From contig NW_027362763.1 in NCBI RefSeq assembly GCF_046119375.1, positions 124,744,001-124,808,000 on the forward strand: DNA of 64,000 bases, written 5' to 3'. Numbering within the stretch: the stretch's first letter is position 1; each line of letters starts with the position of its first letter. Both the position numbers and the translations under genes were made by a program. Under the pieces are notes generated by a model that worked only from the letters and a program-made list of their open reading frames with translations, was not told the DNA's origin and made no database searches. This stretch comes from Phyllobates terribilis (taxonomy: Eukaryota). This document shows, one piece after another, positions 36,401 to 48,850 of this stretch.

Positions 36401-39400
36401 GTTACAATTACACCTTCACTGCCTCAGCCCATCAGGAATGTTACCATTACCCCTTCACTGCCTCAGCCCATCAGGGATGTTACCATTACTCCTTCACTGC
36501 CTCAACCCATCAGGGATGTTACCATTACCCCTTCACTGCCCCAGTCCATCAGGGATGTTACCATTACCTCTTTACTGCCCCAGCACATCAGGAATGTTAC
36601 CATCACCCCTTCCCTGCCCCAGTCCATCAGGGATGTTACCAATACCTCTTCACTGCCTCAGCCAATCAGGAATGTTACCATTACCCCTTCACTGCCCCAG
36701 TCCATCAGGGATGTTAGCATTACCTCTTCACTTCCCCAGCCCATCAGGAATGTTACCATTCTCCTTCACTGCCCCAGCCCATCAGGGATGTTACCATTAC
36801 CCCTTCACTGCCTCATCCCATCTGGAATGTTTCCATTACCGCTTCACTGCCCCAGCCCATCAGGAATGTTACCATTACCTCTTTACTGCCCCAGCACATG
36901 AGGAATGTTATCATTATCCCTTCACTGCCCCAGCCCATCAGGGATGTTACCATTACCCCTTCACTACCCCAGTCCATCAGCAGTGTTACCATTACCCCTT
37001 CACTGCCCCAGCCCATCAGGAATGTTACCATTACCCCTTCACTGCCCCAGTCCATCAGGGATGTTACCATTACCTCCTTACTGCCCCATCCCATCAGGAA
37101 TGTTTCCATTACCCCTTCCCTGCCTCAGCCCATCAGGGATGTTACCATTGCCTCTTTACTACCCCAGCCCATCAGGAATGTTGCCATTACCCCTTCACTG
37201 CCTCAGCCCATCAGGAATGTTACCATTACCCCTTCACTGCCTCAGCCCATCAGGGATGTTACCATTACCTCTTTACTACCCCAGCCCATCAGGAATGTTG
37301 CCATTACCCCTTCACTGCCTCAGCCCATCAGGGATGTTACCGTTACCCTTTCACTGCCTCAGCACATCAGGGATGTTACCATTACCCCTTCACTGCCCTA
37401 GTCCATCAGGAATGTTACCATTACCCCTTCACTGCCCCAGTCCATCAGGGATGTTACCATTACCCCTTCACTGCCCCAGTCCATCAGGGATGTTACCATT
37501 ACCCATTCACTGCTCCAGCCCATCAGGAATGTTACCATTACCCCTTCATTGCCCCAGCCCATCAGGGATGTTACCATTACCCCTTCACTGACCCAGCCCA
37601 TCTGGAATGTTGCCATTACCCCTTCACTGCCCCAGCCCATCAGGAATGTTACCATTACCCCTTCAATACCCCAGTCCATCAGCAGTGTTACCATTACCCC
37701 TTCTCTGCCTCAGACCATGAGGGATGTTACCATTACCCATTCACTGCTCCAGCCCATCAGGAATGTTACCATTACCCCTTCATTGCCCCAGCCCATCAGG
37801 GATGTTACCATTACCCCTTCACTGACCCAGCCCATCTGGAATGTTACCATTACCCCTTCACTGCCTCAGCCCATGAGGGATGTTACCATTACCCATTCAC
37901 TGCTCCAGCCCATCAGGAATGTTACCATTACCCCTTCATTGCCCCAGCCCATCAGGGATGTTACCATTACCCCTTCACTGACCCAGCCCATCTGGAATGT
38001 TACCATTACCCCTTCACTGCCCCAGCCCATCAGGAATGTTACCATTACCCCTTCTCTGCCTCAGACCATCAGGAATGTTACCATTACCCCTTGTATGCCT
38101 CAGACCATCAGGAATGTTACCATTACCCCTTCACTGCCCCAGCCCATCAGGGATGTTAGCATTACCCCTTCACTGCCCCAACCCATCAGGAATGTTACCA
38201 TTACCCCTTCACTGCCCCAGTCCATCAGGGATGTTACCATTAACCCTACACTACCTCAGCCCATTAGGGATGTTACCATTACCCCTTCACTGCCCCAGCC
38301 CATCAGGGATGTTACCATTACCCCTTCACTGCCCCAGTCCATCAGGGATGTTACCATTACCCCTTCACTGCCCCAGCCCATCAGGGATGTTAGCATTACC
38401 CCTTTACTGCCCCAGCCCATCAGGAATGTTACCATTACCCCGTCACTGCCCCAGCCCATCAGGAATGTTACCATTACCCCTTCACTGCTACAGCCCATCA
38501 GGGATGTTAGCTTTACCCCTTCACTGCCTCAGCTCATCAGGGATGTTACTATTAGCCTTCACTGCCCCAGCCCATCTGCAATGTTACCATTACCCCTTCA
38601 CTGCCCCAGCCCATCAGGGATGTTACCATTACCCCTTCACAGCCTCAGCTCATCAGGGATGTTACCATTACCCCTTCACTGCCCCAGCCCATGAGGGATG
38701 TTACCATTACCCCTTCACTGCCCCAGCCCATGAGGGATGTTACCATTACCCCTTCACTGCCTCAGCCAATCAGAAATGTTACCATTCTCCTTCACTGCCC
38801 CAGCCCAACAGGGATGTTACCATTACCCCTTCACTGCCCCAGCCCATCAGGGATGTTACCATTACCCCTTTACTTCCCCAGTCCATCAGAAATGTTACCA
38901 TTAACCCTTCTCTGCCCCAGTCCATCAGAAATGTTACCTTTACCCCTTCACTGCCCCAGCCCATCAGGGATGTTACCATTACCCCTTCACTGCCTCAGCC
39001 CATCAGGAATGTTACAATTACACTTTCACTGCCTCAGCCCATCAGGAATGTTACCATTACCCCTTCACTGCCTCAGCCCATCAGGGATGTTACCATTACT
39101 CCTTCACTGCCTCAGCCCATCAGGGATGTTACCATTACCCCTTCACTGCCCCAGTCCATCAGGGATGTTACCATTACCTCTTTACTGCCCCAGCACATCA
39201 GGAATGTTACCATTTCCCCTTCCCTGCCCCAGTCCATCAGGGATGTTACCAATACCTCTTCACTGCCTCAGCCAATCAGGAATGTTACCATTACCCCTTC
39301 ACTGCCCCAGTCCATCAGGGATGTTAGCATTGCCCCTTCACTGCCCCAGTCCATCAGGGATGTTACCAATACCTCTTCACTTCCTCAGCCCATCAGGAAT

Positions 39401-42400
39401 GTTACCATTCTCCTTCACTGCCCCAGCCCCTCAGGGATGTTACCATTACCCCATCACTGCCTCATCCCATCTGGAATGTTTCCATTAGCCATTCACTGCC
39501 CCAGCCCATCAGGAATGTTACCATTACCTCTTTACTGCCCCAGCACATGAGGAATGTTATCATTACCCCTTCACTGCCTCAGCCCATCAGGGATGTTACC
39601 ATTTCCCCTTCACTGCCCCAGCCCATCAGGAATGTTACCATTACCCCTTCACTACCCCAGTCCATCAGCAGTGTTACCATTACCCCTTCACTGCCCCAGC
39701 CCATCAGGAATGTTACCATTACCCCTTCACTGCCCCAGTCCATCAGGGATGTTACCATTACCTCCTTACTGCCCCAGCCCATCAGGAATGTTTCCATTAC
39801 CCCTTCCCTGCCTCAGCCCATCAGGGATGTTACCATTACCTCTTTACTACCCCAGCCCATCAGCAGTGTTACCATTACCCCTTCACTGCCTCAGCCCATC
39901 AGGAATGTTGCCATTACCCCTTCACTGCCTCAGCCCATCAGGAATGTTACCATTACCCCTTCACTGCCTCAGCCCATCAGGAATGTTACCATTACCCCTT
40001 CACTGCCCCAGTCCATCAGGGATGTTACCATTACCCCTTCACTGCCTCAGCCCATCAGGAATGTTGCCATTACCCCTTCACTGCCTCAGCCCATCAGGAA
40101 TGTTACCATTACCCCTTCACTGCCTCAGCCCATCAGGAATGTTACCATTACCCCTTCACTGCCTCAGCACATCAGGAATGTTACCATTACCCCTTCACTG
40201 CCCCAGTCCATCAGGGATGTTACCATTACCCCTTCATTTCCCGAGCCCATCAGGAATGTTACCATTACCCATTCACTGCTCCAGCCCATCAGGAATGTTA
40301 TCATTACCCCTTCACTGCCCCAGCCCATCAGGGATGTTACCATTACCCCTTCACTGCCCCAGCCCATCAGGAATGTTACCATTACCCCTTCACTGCCCCA
40401 GCCCATCAGGAATGTTACCATTACCCCTTCACTGCATCAGCCCATCAGGAATGTTGCCATTACCCCTTCACTGCCTCAGCCCATCAGGAATGTTACCGTT
40501 ACCCGTTCACTGCCCCAGCCCATCAGGAATGTTGCCATTACCCTTTCACTGCCTCAGCCCATCAGGAATGTTGCCATTACCCCTTCACTGCCTCAGCCCA
40601 TGAGGAATGTTACCGTTACCCGTTCACTGCTCCAGCACATCACGGATGTTACCATTACCCCTTCACTGCCTCAGCCCATCAGGAATGTTACCGTTACCCG
40701 TTCACTGCCCCAGCCCATCAGAAATGTTACCATTACCCCTTCACTGCCCCAGTCCATCAGGGATGTTACCATTACCTCTTTACTGCCCCAGCCCATCAGG
40801 AATGTTTCCATTACCCCTTCACTGCCTCAGCCCATCAGGGATGTTACCATTACCTCTTTACTACCCCAGCCCATCAGGAATGTTGCCATTACCCCTTCAC
40901 TGCCTCAGCCCATCAGGAATGTTGCCATTACCCCTTCACTGCCTCAGCCCATCAGGAATGTTACCGTTACCCGTTCACTGCCTCAGCACATCAGGGATGT
41001 TACCATTACCCCTTCACTGCCCCAGCCCATCAGGAATGTTACCATTACCCCTTCACTGCCCCAGTCCATCAGGAATGTTACCATTACCCCTTCACTGCCC
41101 CAGCCCATCAGGAATGTTGCCATTACCCCTTCACTGCCTCTGCCCATCAGGAATGTTACCGTTACCCGTTCACTGCTCCAGCACATCAGGGATGTTACCA
41201 TTACCCCTTCACTGCCCCAGCCCATCAGGGATGTTACCATTACCCCTTTACTTCCCCAGTCCATCAGAAATGTTACCATTAACCCTTCTCTGCCCCAGTC
41301 CATCAGAAATGTTACCTTTACCCCTTCACTGCCCCAGCCCATCAGGGATGTTACCATTACCCCTTCACTGCCTCAGCCCATCAGGAATGTTACCATTACT
41401 CCTTCACTGCCTCAGCCCATCAGGGATGTTACCATTACCCCTTCACTGCCCCAGTCCATCAGGGATGTTACCATTACCTCTTTACTGCCCCAGCACATCA
41501 GGAATGTTACCATTTCCCCTTCCCTGCCCCAGTCCATCAGGGATGTTACCAATACCTCTTCACTGCCTCAGCCAATCAGGAATGTTACCATTACCCCTTC
41601 ACTGCCCCAGTCCATCAGGGATGTTAGCATTACCTCTTCACTTCCTCAGCCCATCAGGAATGTTACCATTCTCCTTCACTGCCCCAGCCCATCAGGGATG
41701 TTACCATTACCCCATCACTGCCTCATCCCATCTGGAATGTTTCCGTTACCCATTCACTGCCCCAGCCCATCAGGGATGATTCCAAGACCCCTTCACTGCC
41801 CCAGCCCATCAGGAATGTTACCATTACCTCTTTACTGCCCCAGCACATGAGGAATGTTATCATTACCCCTTCACTGCCTCAGCCCATCAGGGATGTTACC
41901 ATTTCCCCTTCACTGCCCCAGCCCATCAGGAATGTTACCATTACCCCTTCACTACCCCAGTCCATCAGCAGTGTTACCATTACCCCTTCACTGCCCCAGC
42001 CCATCAGGAATGTTACCATTACCCCTTCACTGCCCCAGTCCATCAGGGATGTTACCATTACCTCCTTACTGCCCCAGCCCATCAGGAATGTTTCCATTAC
42101 CCCTTCCCTGCCTCAGCCCATCAGGGATGTTACCATTACCTCTTTACTACCCCAGCCCATCAGGAATGTTGCCATTACCCCTTCACTGCCTCAGCCCATC
42201 AGGAATGTTACCATTACCCCTTCACTGCCTCAGCCCATCAGGAATGTTACCATTACCCTTTCACTGCCTCAGCACATCAGGGATGTTACCATTACCGCTT
42301 CACTGCCCCAGTCCATCAGGAATGTTACCATTACCCCTTCACTGCCCCAGTCCATCAGGGATGTTACCATTACCCCTTCATTTCCCGAGCCCATCAGGAA

Positions 42401-45400
42401 TATTACCATTACCCCTTCACTGCCTCAGCCCATGAGGGATGTTACCATTACCCATTCACTGCTCCAGCCCATCAGGAATGTTACCATTACCCCTTCACTG
42501 TCCCAGCCCATCAGGGATGTTACCATTACCCCTTCACTGCCCCAGCCCATCTGGAATGTTGCCATTTCCCCTTCACTGCCCCAGCCCATCAGGAATGTTA
42601 CCATTACCTCTTTACTGCCCCAGCACATGAGGAATGTTATCACTACCCCTTCACTGCCTCAGCCCATCAGGGATGTTACCATTTCCCCTTCACTGCCCCA
42701 GCCCATCAGGGATGTTACCATTACCCCTTCACTGCCCCAGTCCATCAGGGATGTTACCATTACCTCTTTACTGCCCCAGCCCATCAGGAATGTTTCCATT
42801 ACCCCTTCACTACCTCAGCCCATCAGTGATGTTACCATTACCTCTTTACTACCCCAGCCCATCAGGAATGTTACCATTACCCCTTCACTGCCTCAGCCCA
42901 TCAGGAATGTTACCGTTACCCGTTCACTGCCTCAGCCCATCAGGAATGTTACCATTACCCCTTCACTGCCCCAGTCCATCAGGGATGTTACCATTACCTC
43001 TTTACTGCCCCAGCCCATCAGGAATGTTTCCATTATCCCTTCACTGCCTCAGCCCATCAGGGATGATACCATTACCTCTTTACTACCCCAGCCCATCAGG
43101 AACGTTGCCATTACCCCTTCACTGCCTCAGCCCATCAGGAATGTTGCCATTACCCCTTCACTGCCTCAGCCCATCAGGAATGTTACCGTTACCCGTTCAC
43201 TGCCTCAGCACATCAGGAATGTTACCATTACCCCTTCACTGCCCCAGTCCATCAGGAATGTTAACATTACCCCTTCACTGCATCAGCCAATCAGGAATGT
43301 TACCATTACCCCTTCACTGCCTCAGCCCATCAGGAATGTTACCGTTACCCGTTCACTGCCCCAGCCCATCAGGAATGTTGCCATTACCCCTTCACTGCCT
43401 CAGCCCATCAGGAATGTTGCCATTACCCCTTCACTGCCTCAGCCCATGAGGAATGTTACCGTTACCCGTTCACTGCTCCAGCACATCACGGATGTTACCA
43501 TTACCCCTTCCCTGCCTCAGCCCATCAGGAATGTTACCGTTACCCGTTCACTGCCCCAGCCCATCAGAAATGTTACCATTACCCCTTCACTGCCCCAGTC
43601 CATCAGGGATGTTACCATTACCTCTTTACTGCCCCAGCCCATCAGGAATGTTTCCATTACCCCTTCACTGCCTCAGCCCATCAGGGATGTTACCATTACC
43701 TCTTTACTACCTCAGCCCATCAGGAATGTTGCCATTACCCCTTCACTGCCTCAGCCCATCAGGAATGTTGCCATTACCTCTTCACTGCCTCAGCCCATCA
43801 GGAATGTTGCCATTACCCCTTCACTGCCTCAGCCCATCAGGAATGTTACCGTTACCCGTTCACTGCCTCAGCACATCAGGGATGTTACCATTACCCCTTC
43901 ACTGCCCCAGCCCATCAGGAATGTTACCATTACCCCTTCACTGCCCCAGTCCATCAGGAATGTTACCATTACCCCTTCACTGCCCCAGCCCATCAGGAAT
44001 GTTACCATTACCCCTTCACTGCCTCAGCCCATCAGGAATGTTACCGTTACCCGTTCACTGCCCCAGCCCATCAGGAATGTTGCCATTACCCCTTCACTGC
44101 CTCTGCCCATCAGGAATGTTACCGTTACCCGTTCACTGCCTCAGCACATCAGGGATGTTACCATTACCCCTTCCCTGCCCCAGCCCATCAGGAATGTTAC
44201 CATTACCCCTTCACTGCCCCAGTCCATCAGGAATGTTACCATTACCCCTTCACTGCCCCAGCCCATCAGGAATGTTACCATTACCCCTTCACTGCATCAG
44301 CCCATCAGGAATGTTGCCATTACCCCTTCACTGCCTCAGCCCATCAGGAATGTTGCCATTACCCCTTCACTGCCTCAGCCCATCAGGAATGTTGCAATTA
44401 CCTCTTTACTACCCCAGCCCATCAGGAATGTTGCCATTACCCCTTCACTGCCTCAGCCCATGAGGAATGTTACCGTTACCCGTTCACTGCTCCAGCACAT
44501 CACGGATGTTACCATTACCCCTTCACTGCCTCAGCCCATCAGGAATGTTACCGTTACCCGTTCACTGCCCCAGCCCATCAGAAATGTTACCATTACCCCT
44601 TCACTGCCCCATTCCATCAGGGATGTTACCATTACCTCTTTACTGCCCCAGCCCATCAGGAATGTTTCCATTACCCCTTCACTGCCTCAGCCCATCAGGG
44701 ATGTTACCATTACCTCTTTACTACCCCAGCCCATCAGGAATGTTGCCATTACCCCTTCACTGCCTCAGCCCATCAGGAATGTTACCGTTACCCGTTCACT
44801 GCCTCAGCACATCAGGGATGTTACCATTACCCCTTCACTGCCCCAGCCCATCAGGAATGTTACCATTACCCCTTCACTGCCCCAGTCCATCAGGAATGTT
44901 ACCATTACCCCTTCACTGCCCCAGCCCATCAGGAATGTTACCATTACCCCTTCACTGCCTCAGCCCATCAGGAATGTTACCGTTACCCGTTCACTGCCCC
45001 AGCCCATCAGGAATATTGCCATTACCCCTCCACTGCCTCTGCCCATCAGGAATGTTACCGTTACCCGTTCACTGCTCCAGCACATAAGGGATGTTACCAT
45101 TACCCCTTCACTGCCCCAGCCCATCAGGAATGTTACCATTACCCCTTCACTGCCCCAGTCCATCAGGGATGTTACCATTACCCCTTCCCTTCCCGAGCCC
45201 ATCAGGAATGTTACCATTACCCCTTCACTGCCTCAGCCCATTAGGGATGTTACCATTACCCATTCACTGCTCCAGCCCATCAGGAATGTTACCATTACCC
45301 CTTCACTGCCCCAGCACATCTGGAATGTTACCATTACACATTCACTGCCCCAGTCCATCAGGAATGTTACCGTTACCCCTTCACTGCCTCAGCCCATCAG

Positions 45401-47421
45401 GAATGTTACCATTACCCCTTCACTGTCTCAGCCCATCACGGATGTTACCATTACACCTTCACTGCCCCAGCCCATCAGGAATGTTACCATTACCCCTTCT
45501 CTACCTCAGCCCATCAGGGATGTTACCATTACGCCCTTCATTGCCCCAGCCCATCAGGGATGTTACCATTACCCCTTCACTGCCTCATCCCATCAGGGAT
45601 GTTACCATTACCCCTTCACTGCCTCAGCCCATCAGGAATGTTACCATTACCCCTTCACTGCCTCATCCCATCAGGGATGTTACCAAGACCCCTTCACTGC
45701 CTCAGCCCATCAGGGATGTTACCATTACCCCTTCACTGCCCCAGCCCATCAGGAATGTTACCATTCCCCTTCACTGCCCCAGCCCATCAGGGATGTTACC
45801 ATTACCCCTTCACTGCCCCAGTCCATCAGGGATGTTACCATTACCCCTTCACTGCCCCAGCCCATCAGGAATGTTACCATTCCCCTTCACTGACCCAGCC
45901 CATCAGGGATGTTACCAAGACCCCTTCACTGCCTCAGCCCATCAGGGATGTTACCATTACCCCTTCATTGCCCCAGCCCATCAGGGAAGTTACCATTTCC
46001 CCTTCACTGCCTCATCCCATCAGGGATGATTCCAAGACCCCTTCACTGCCCCAGCCCATCAGGGATGTTACCATTACCCCTACACTGCCCCAGCCCATCA
46101 GGAATGTTACCATTCCCCTTCACTGCCTCTGCCCATCAGGAATGTTACCATTCCCCTTCACTGCTCCAGCCCATCAGGAATGTTACCATTACCCCTTCCA
46201 TGCCTCAGCCCATCAGGAATGTTACCATTCCCCTTCACTGCCTCAGCCCATCAGGAATGTTACCATTACCCCTTCACTGCCGCAGCCCATCAGGAATGTT
46301 ACCATTACCCCTTCCATGCCTCAGCCCATCAGGGGTGTTACCATTACCCCTTCACTGCTACAGCCCATCAGGGATGTTACCTTTACCCCTTCACTGCCTC
46401 AGCTCATCAGGGATGTTACTATTACCCCTTCACTGCCCCAGCCCATTAGGAATGTTACCATTACCCCTTCACTGCCCCAGCCCATCAGCAGTGTTACCAT
46501 TACCCCTTCACTGTCCCAGCCCATCAGGAATGTTACCATTAACCCTACACTACCTCAGCCCATTAGGGATGTTACCATTACCCCTTCACTGCCCCAGTCC
46601 ATCAGGGATATTACCATTACTCCTTCACTGCCCCAGCCCATCAGGGATGTTACCATTACCCCTTCACTGCCCCAGACCATCAGGAATGTTACCATTACCC
46701 CTTCACTGCCCCAGCCCATCAGGGATGTTACCATTACCCCTTCACTGCCCCAGCCCATCAGGAATGTTACTATTCCCCTTCACTGCCTCAGCCCATCAGG
46801 GATGTTACCATTACCCCTTCACTGCCTCAGCCCATCAGGAATGTTACCATTACCCCTTCCATGCCTCAGCCCATCAGGGATGTTACCATTACCCCTTCAC
46901 TGCCCCAGCCCATCAGGTATGTTACCATTACCCCTTCACTGCTACAGCCCATCAGGCATGTTACCTTTACCCCTTCACTGCCTCAGCTCATCAGGGATGT
47001 TACTATTACCCCTTCACTGCCCTAGCCCATCAGGAATGTTACCATTACGCCTTCACTGCCTCAGCCCATCAGGAATGTTACCATTACCCCTTCACTGCCT
47101 CAGCTCATCAGGCATGTTACCATTACCCCTTCACTGCCTCAGCTCATCAGGCATGTTACTATTACACCTTCATTGCCCCACCCATCAGGGATTTTACCAT
47201 TACCATTCACTGCCCCAGCACATCAGGAATGTTGCCATTACCCCTTCACTGCCTCAGTCCATAAGGAATGTTGCCATTACCCCTTCACTGCCCCAGTCCA
47301 TCAGGGATGTTACCATTACCCCTTCACTGCCTTAGCCCATCAAGGATGGTATCATTTCCCCTTCACTGCCCCAGTACATCTGGGATGTTACCATTATCTC
47401 TATTTTCCCCAGCCCACCAAG
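27443..47421 (+). repeat. 39-bp minisatellite/satellite array, ~510 units (CCCCAGCCCATCAGG[G/A]ATGTTACCATTACCCCTTCACTG)
   Basis: Read directly; diagnostic variants recur at 741, 780, 1482, ~2300 and ~2649-bp offsets. Confidence 0.97.
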
Positions 47422-48842
47422 CAGGGGCGGAACTACCGCCCATGCAGCTGGTTCATTGAACGGGGGCCACGAGGGAGAGGGGGCCCCTCCAGCCTCCAGC
47501 AGGGCCGCCATCAGGGCATGACTGCCCTGACTCCAGTATGGGGCCCGGCCGGTAGGAGCCCCCTCGGAGCCCCCCTCTTGTGCGTCTCTCTCTTCATGGG
47601 GCCCCTGGCCCCATGCAAAGCGCCGGGTCCAGGACATCTCATAATTCCTCTGACTTCCGGTCATGTGACGGCGCCGTCACATGACCGGAAGGCAGGAGAA
47701 CCTGGTGTCAGCGATTTGGACGAGCGCCAGGATTCTGCAGGGATCGCATGGGGGTAAGTATAACAAGTTTTATTATTTTTTAAATACAATTAACTAGGAG
47801 TGGGGGGAATGGGAGATGCACATGGGGGAGGGGAGAGATGAGAGATGCACATGGGGGAGGGGAGAGATGAGAGATCCACATGGGGGGGAGGGGAGAGATG
47901 AGAGATGCACATGGGGGGGAGGGGAGAGATGAGAGATGCACATGGGGGGGAGAGGAGAGATGAGAGATGCACATGGGGGGGAGAGGAGAGATGAGAGATG
48001 CACATGGGGGGGAGATGAGAGATGCACATGGGGAGGGGAGAGATGAGAGATGCACATGGGGGAGGGGAGAGATGAGAGATGCACACGGGGGGGAGGGGAG
48101 AGATGAGAGATGCACATGGGGGGGAGGGGAGAGATGAGAGATGCACATGGGGGGAGGGGAGAGATGAGAGATGCACATGGGGGGCAGGGGAGAGATGCAC
48201 ATGGGGGGGAGGGGAGATATGAGAGATGCACATGGGGGGGAGGGGAGAGATGAGAGATGCACATGGGGGGCAGGGGAGAGATGCACATGGGGGGCAGGGG
48301 AGAGATGCACATGGGGGGGAGGGGAGATATGAGAGATGCACATGGGGGGGAGGGGAGAGATGAGAGATGCACATGGGGGGAGGGGAGAGATGAGAGATGC
48401 ACATGGGGGGGAGGGGAGAGATGAGAGATGCACGGGGGGGTGAGAGATGCATGGGGGGGATGAGAGATGCACGGGGGGGATGAGAGATGCACGGGGGGGA
48501 TGAGAGATGCACGGGGGGGATGAGAGATGCACGGGGGGATGAGAGATGCACGGAGGGGATGAGAGATGCACGGGGGGTGGATGAGAGATGCACGGGGGGT
48601 GGATGAGAGATGCACAGGGGGGGTGGATGAGAGATGCACAGGGGGGGTGAGAGATGCACGGAGGGGGATGAGAGATGCACGGAGGGGGATGAGAGATGCA
48701 CGGGGGGTGAGCTGCACATGGGGGGGTGAGAGATGCACATGGGGGGGGTTATGTTTACATAACTTTGTTTCCTTATGAAGGGCGGGGGGGGACCCCAAAA
48801 ATTTCTTGCACAGGGGCCCACTACAGTCTGTGTCCGCCCCTG
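47422..48842. mobile_element. hAT-type MITE inserted in the array
   Basis: TIR CAGGGGCGGA ... TCCGCCCCTG; perfect 8-bp TSD CCACCAAG (47414-47421, 48843-48850). Confidence 0.9.
47795..48750 (+). repeat. G/A-rich minisatellite (~20-31-bp units, GAGATGAGAGATGCAC[A/G]TGGGGGG) inside the MITE
   Basis: Read directly. Confidence 0.9.
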
Positions 48843-48850
48843 CCACCAAG

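Noticed and set aside
27466-47335. Dozens of long Pro/His/Cys-rich ORFs as mucin, extensin or keratin-associated genes
   Set aside because: All follow from a 39-bp unit lacking stops in three plus frames and one minus frame. Frames switch via 1-bp indels copied in higher-order repeats; no flanking domains.
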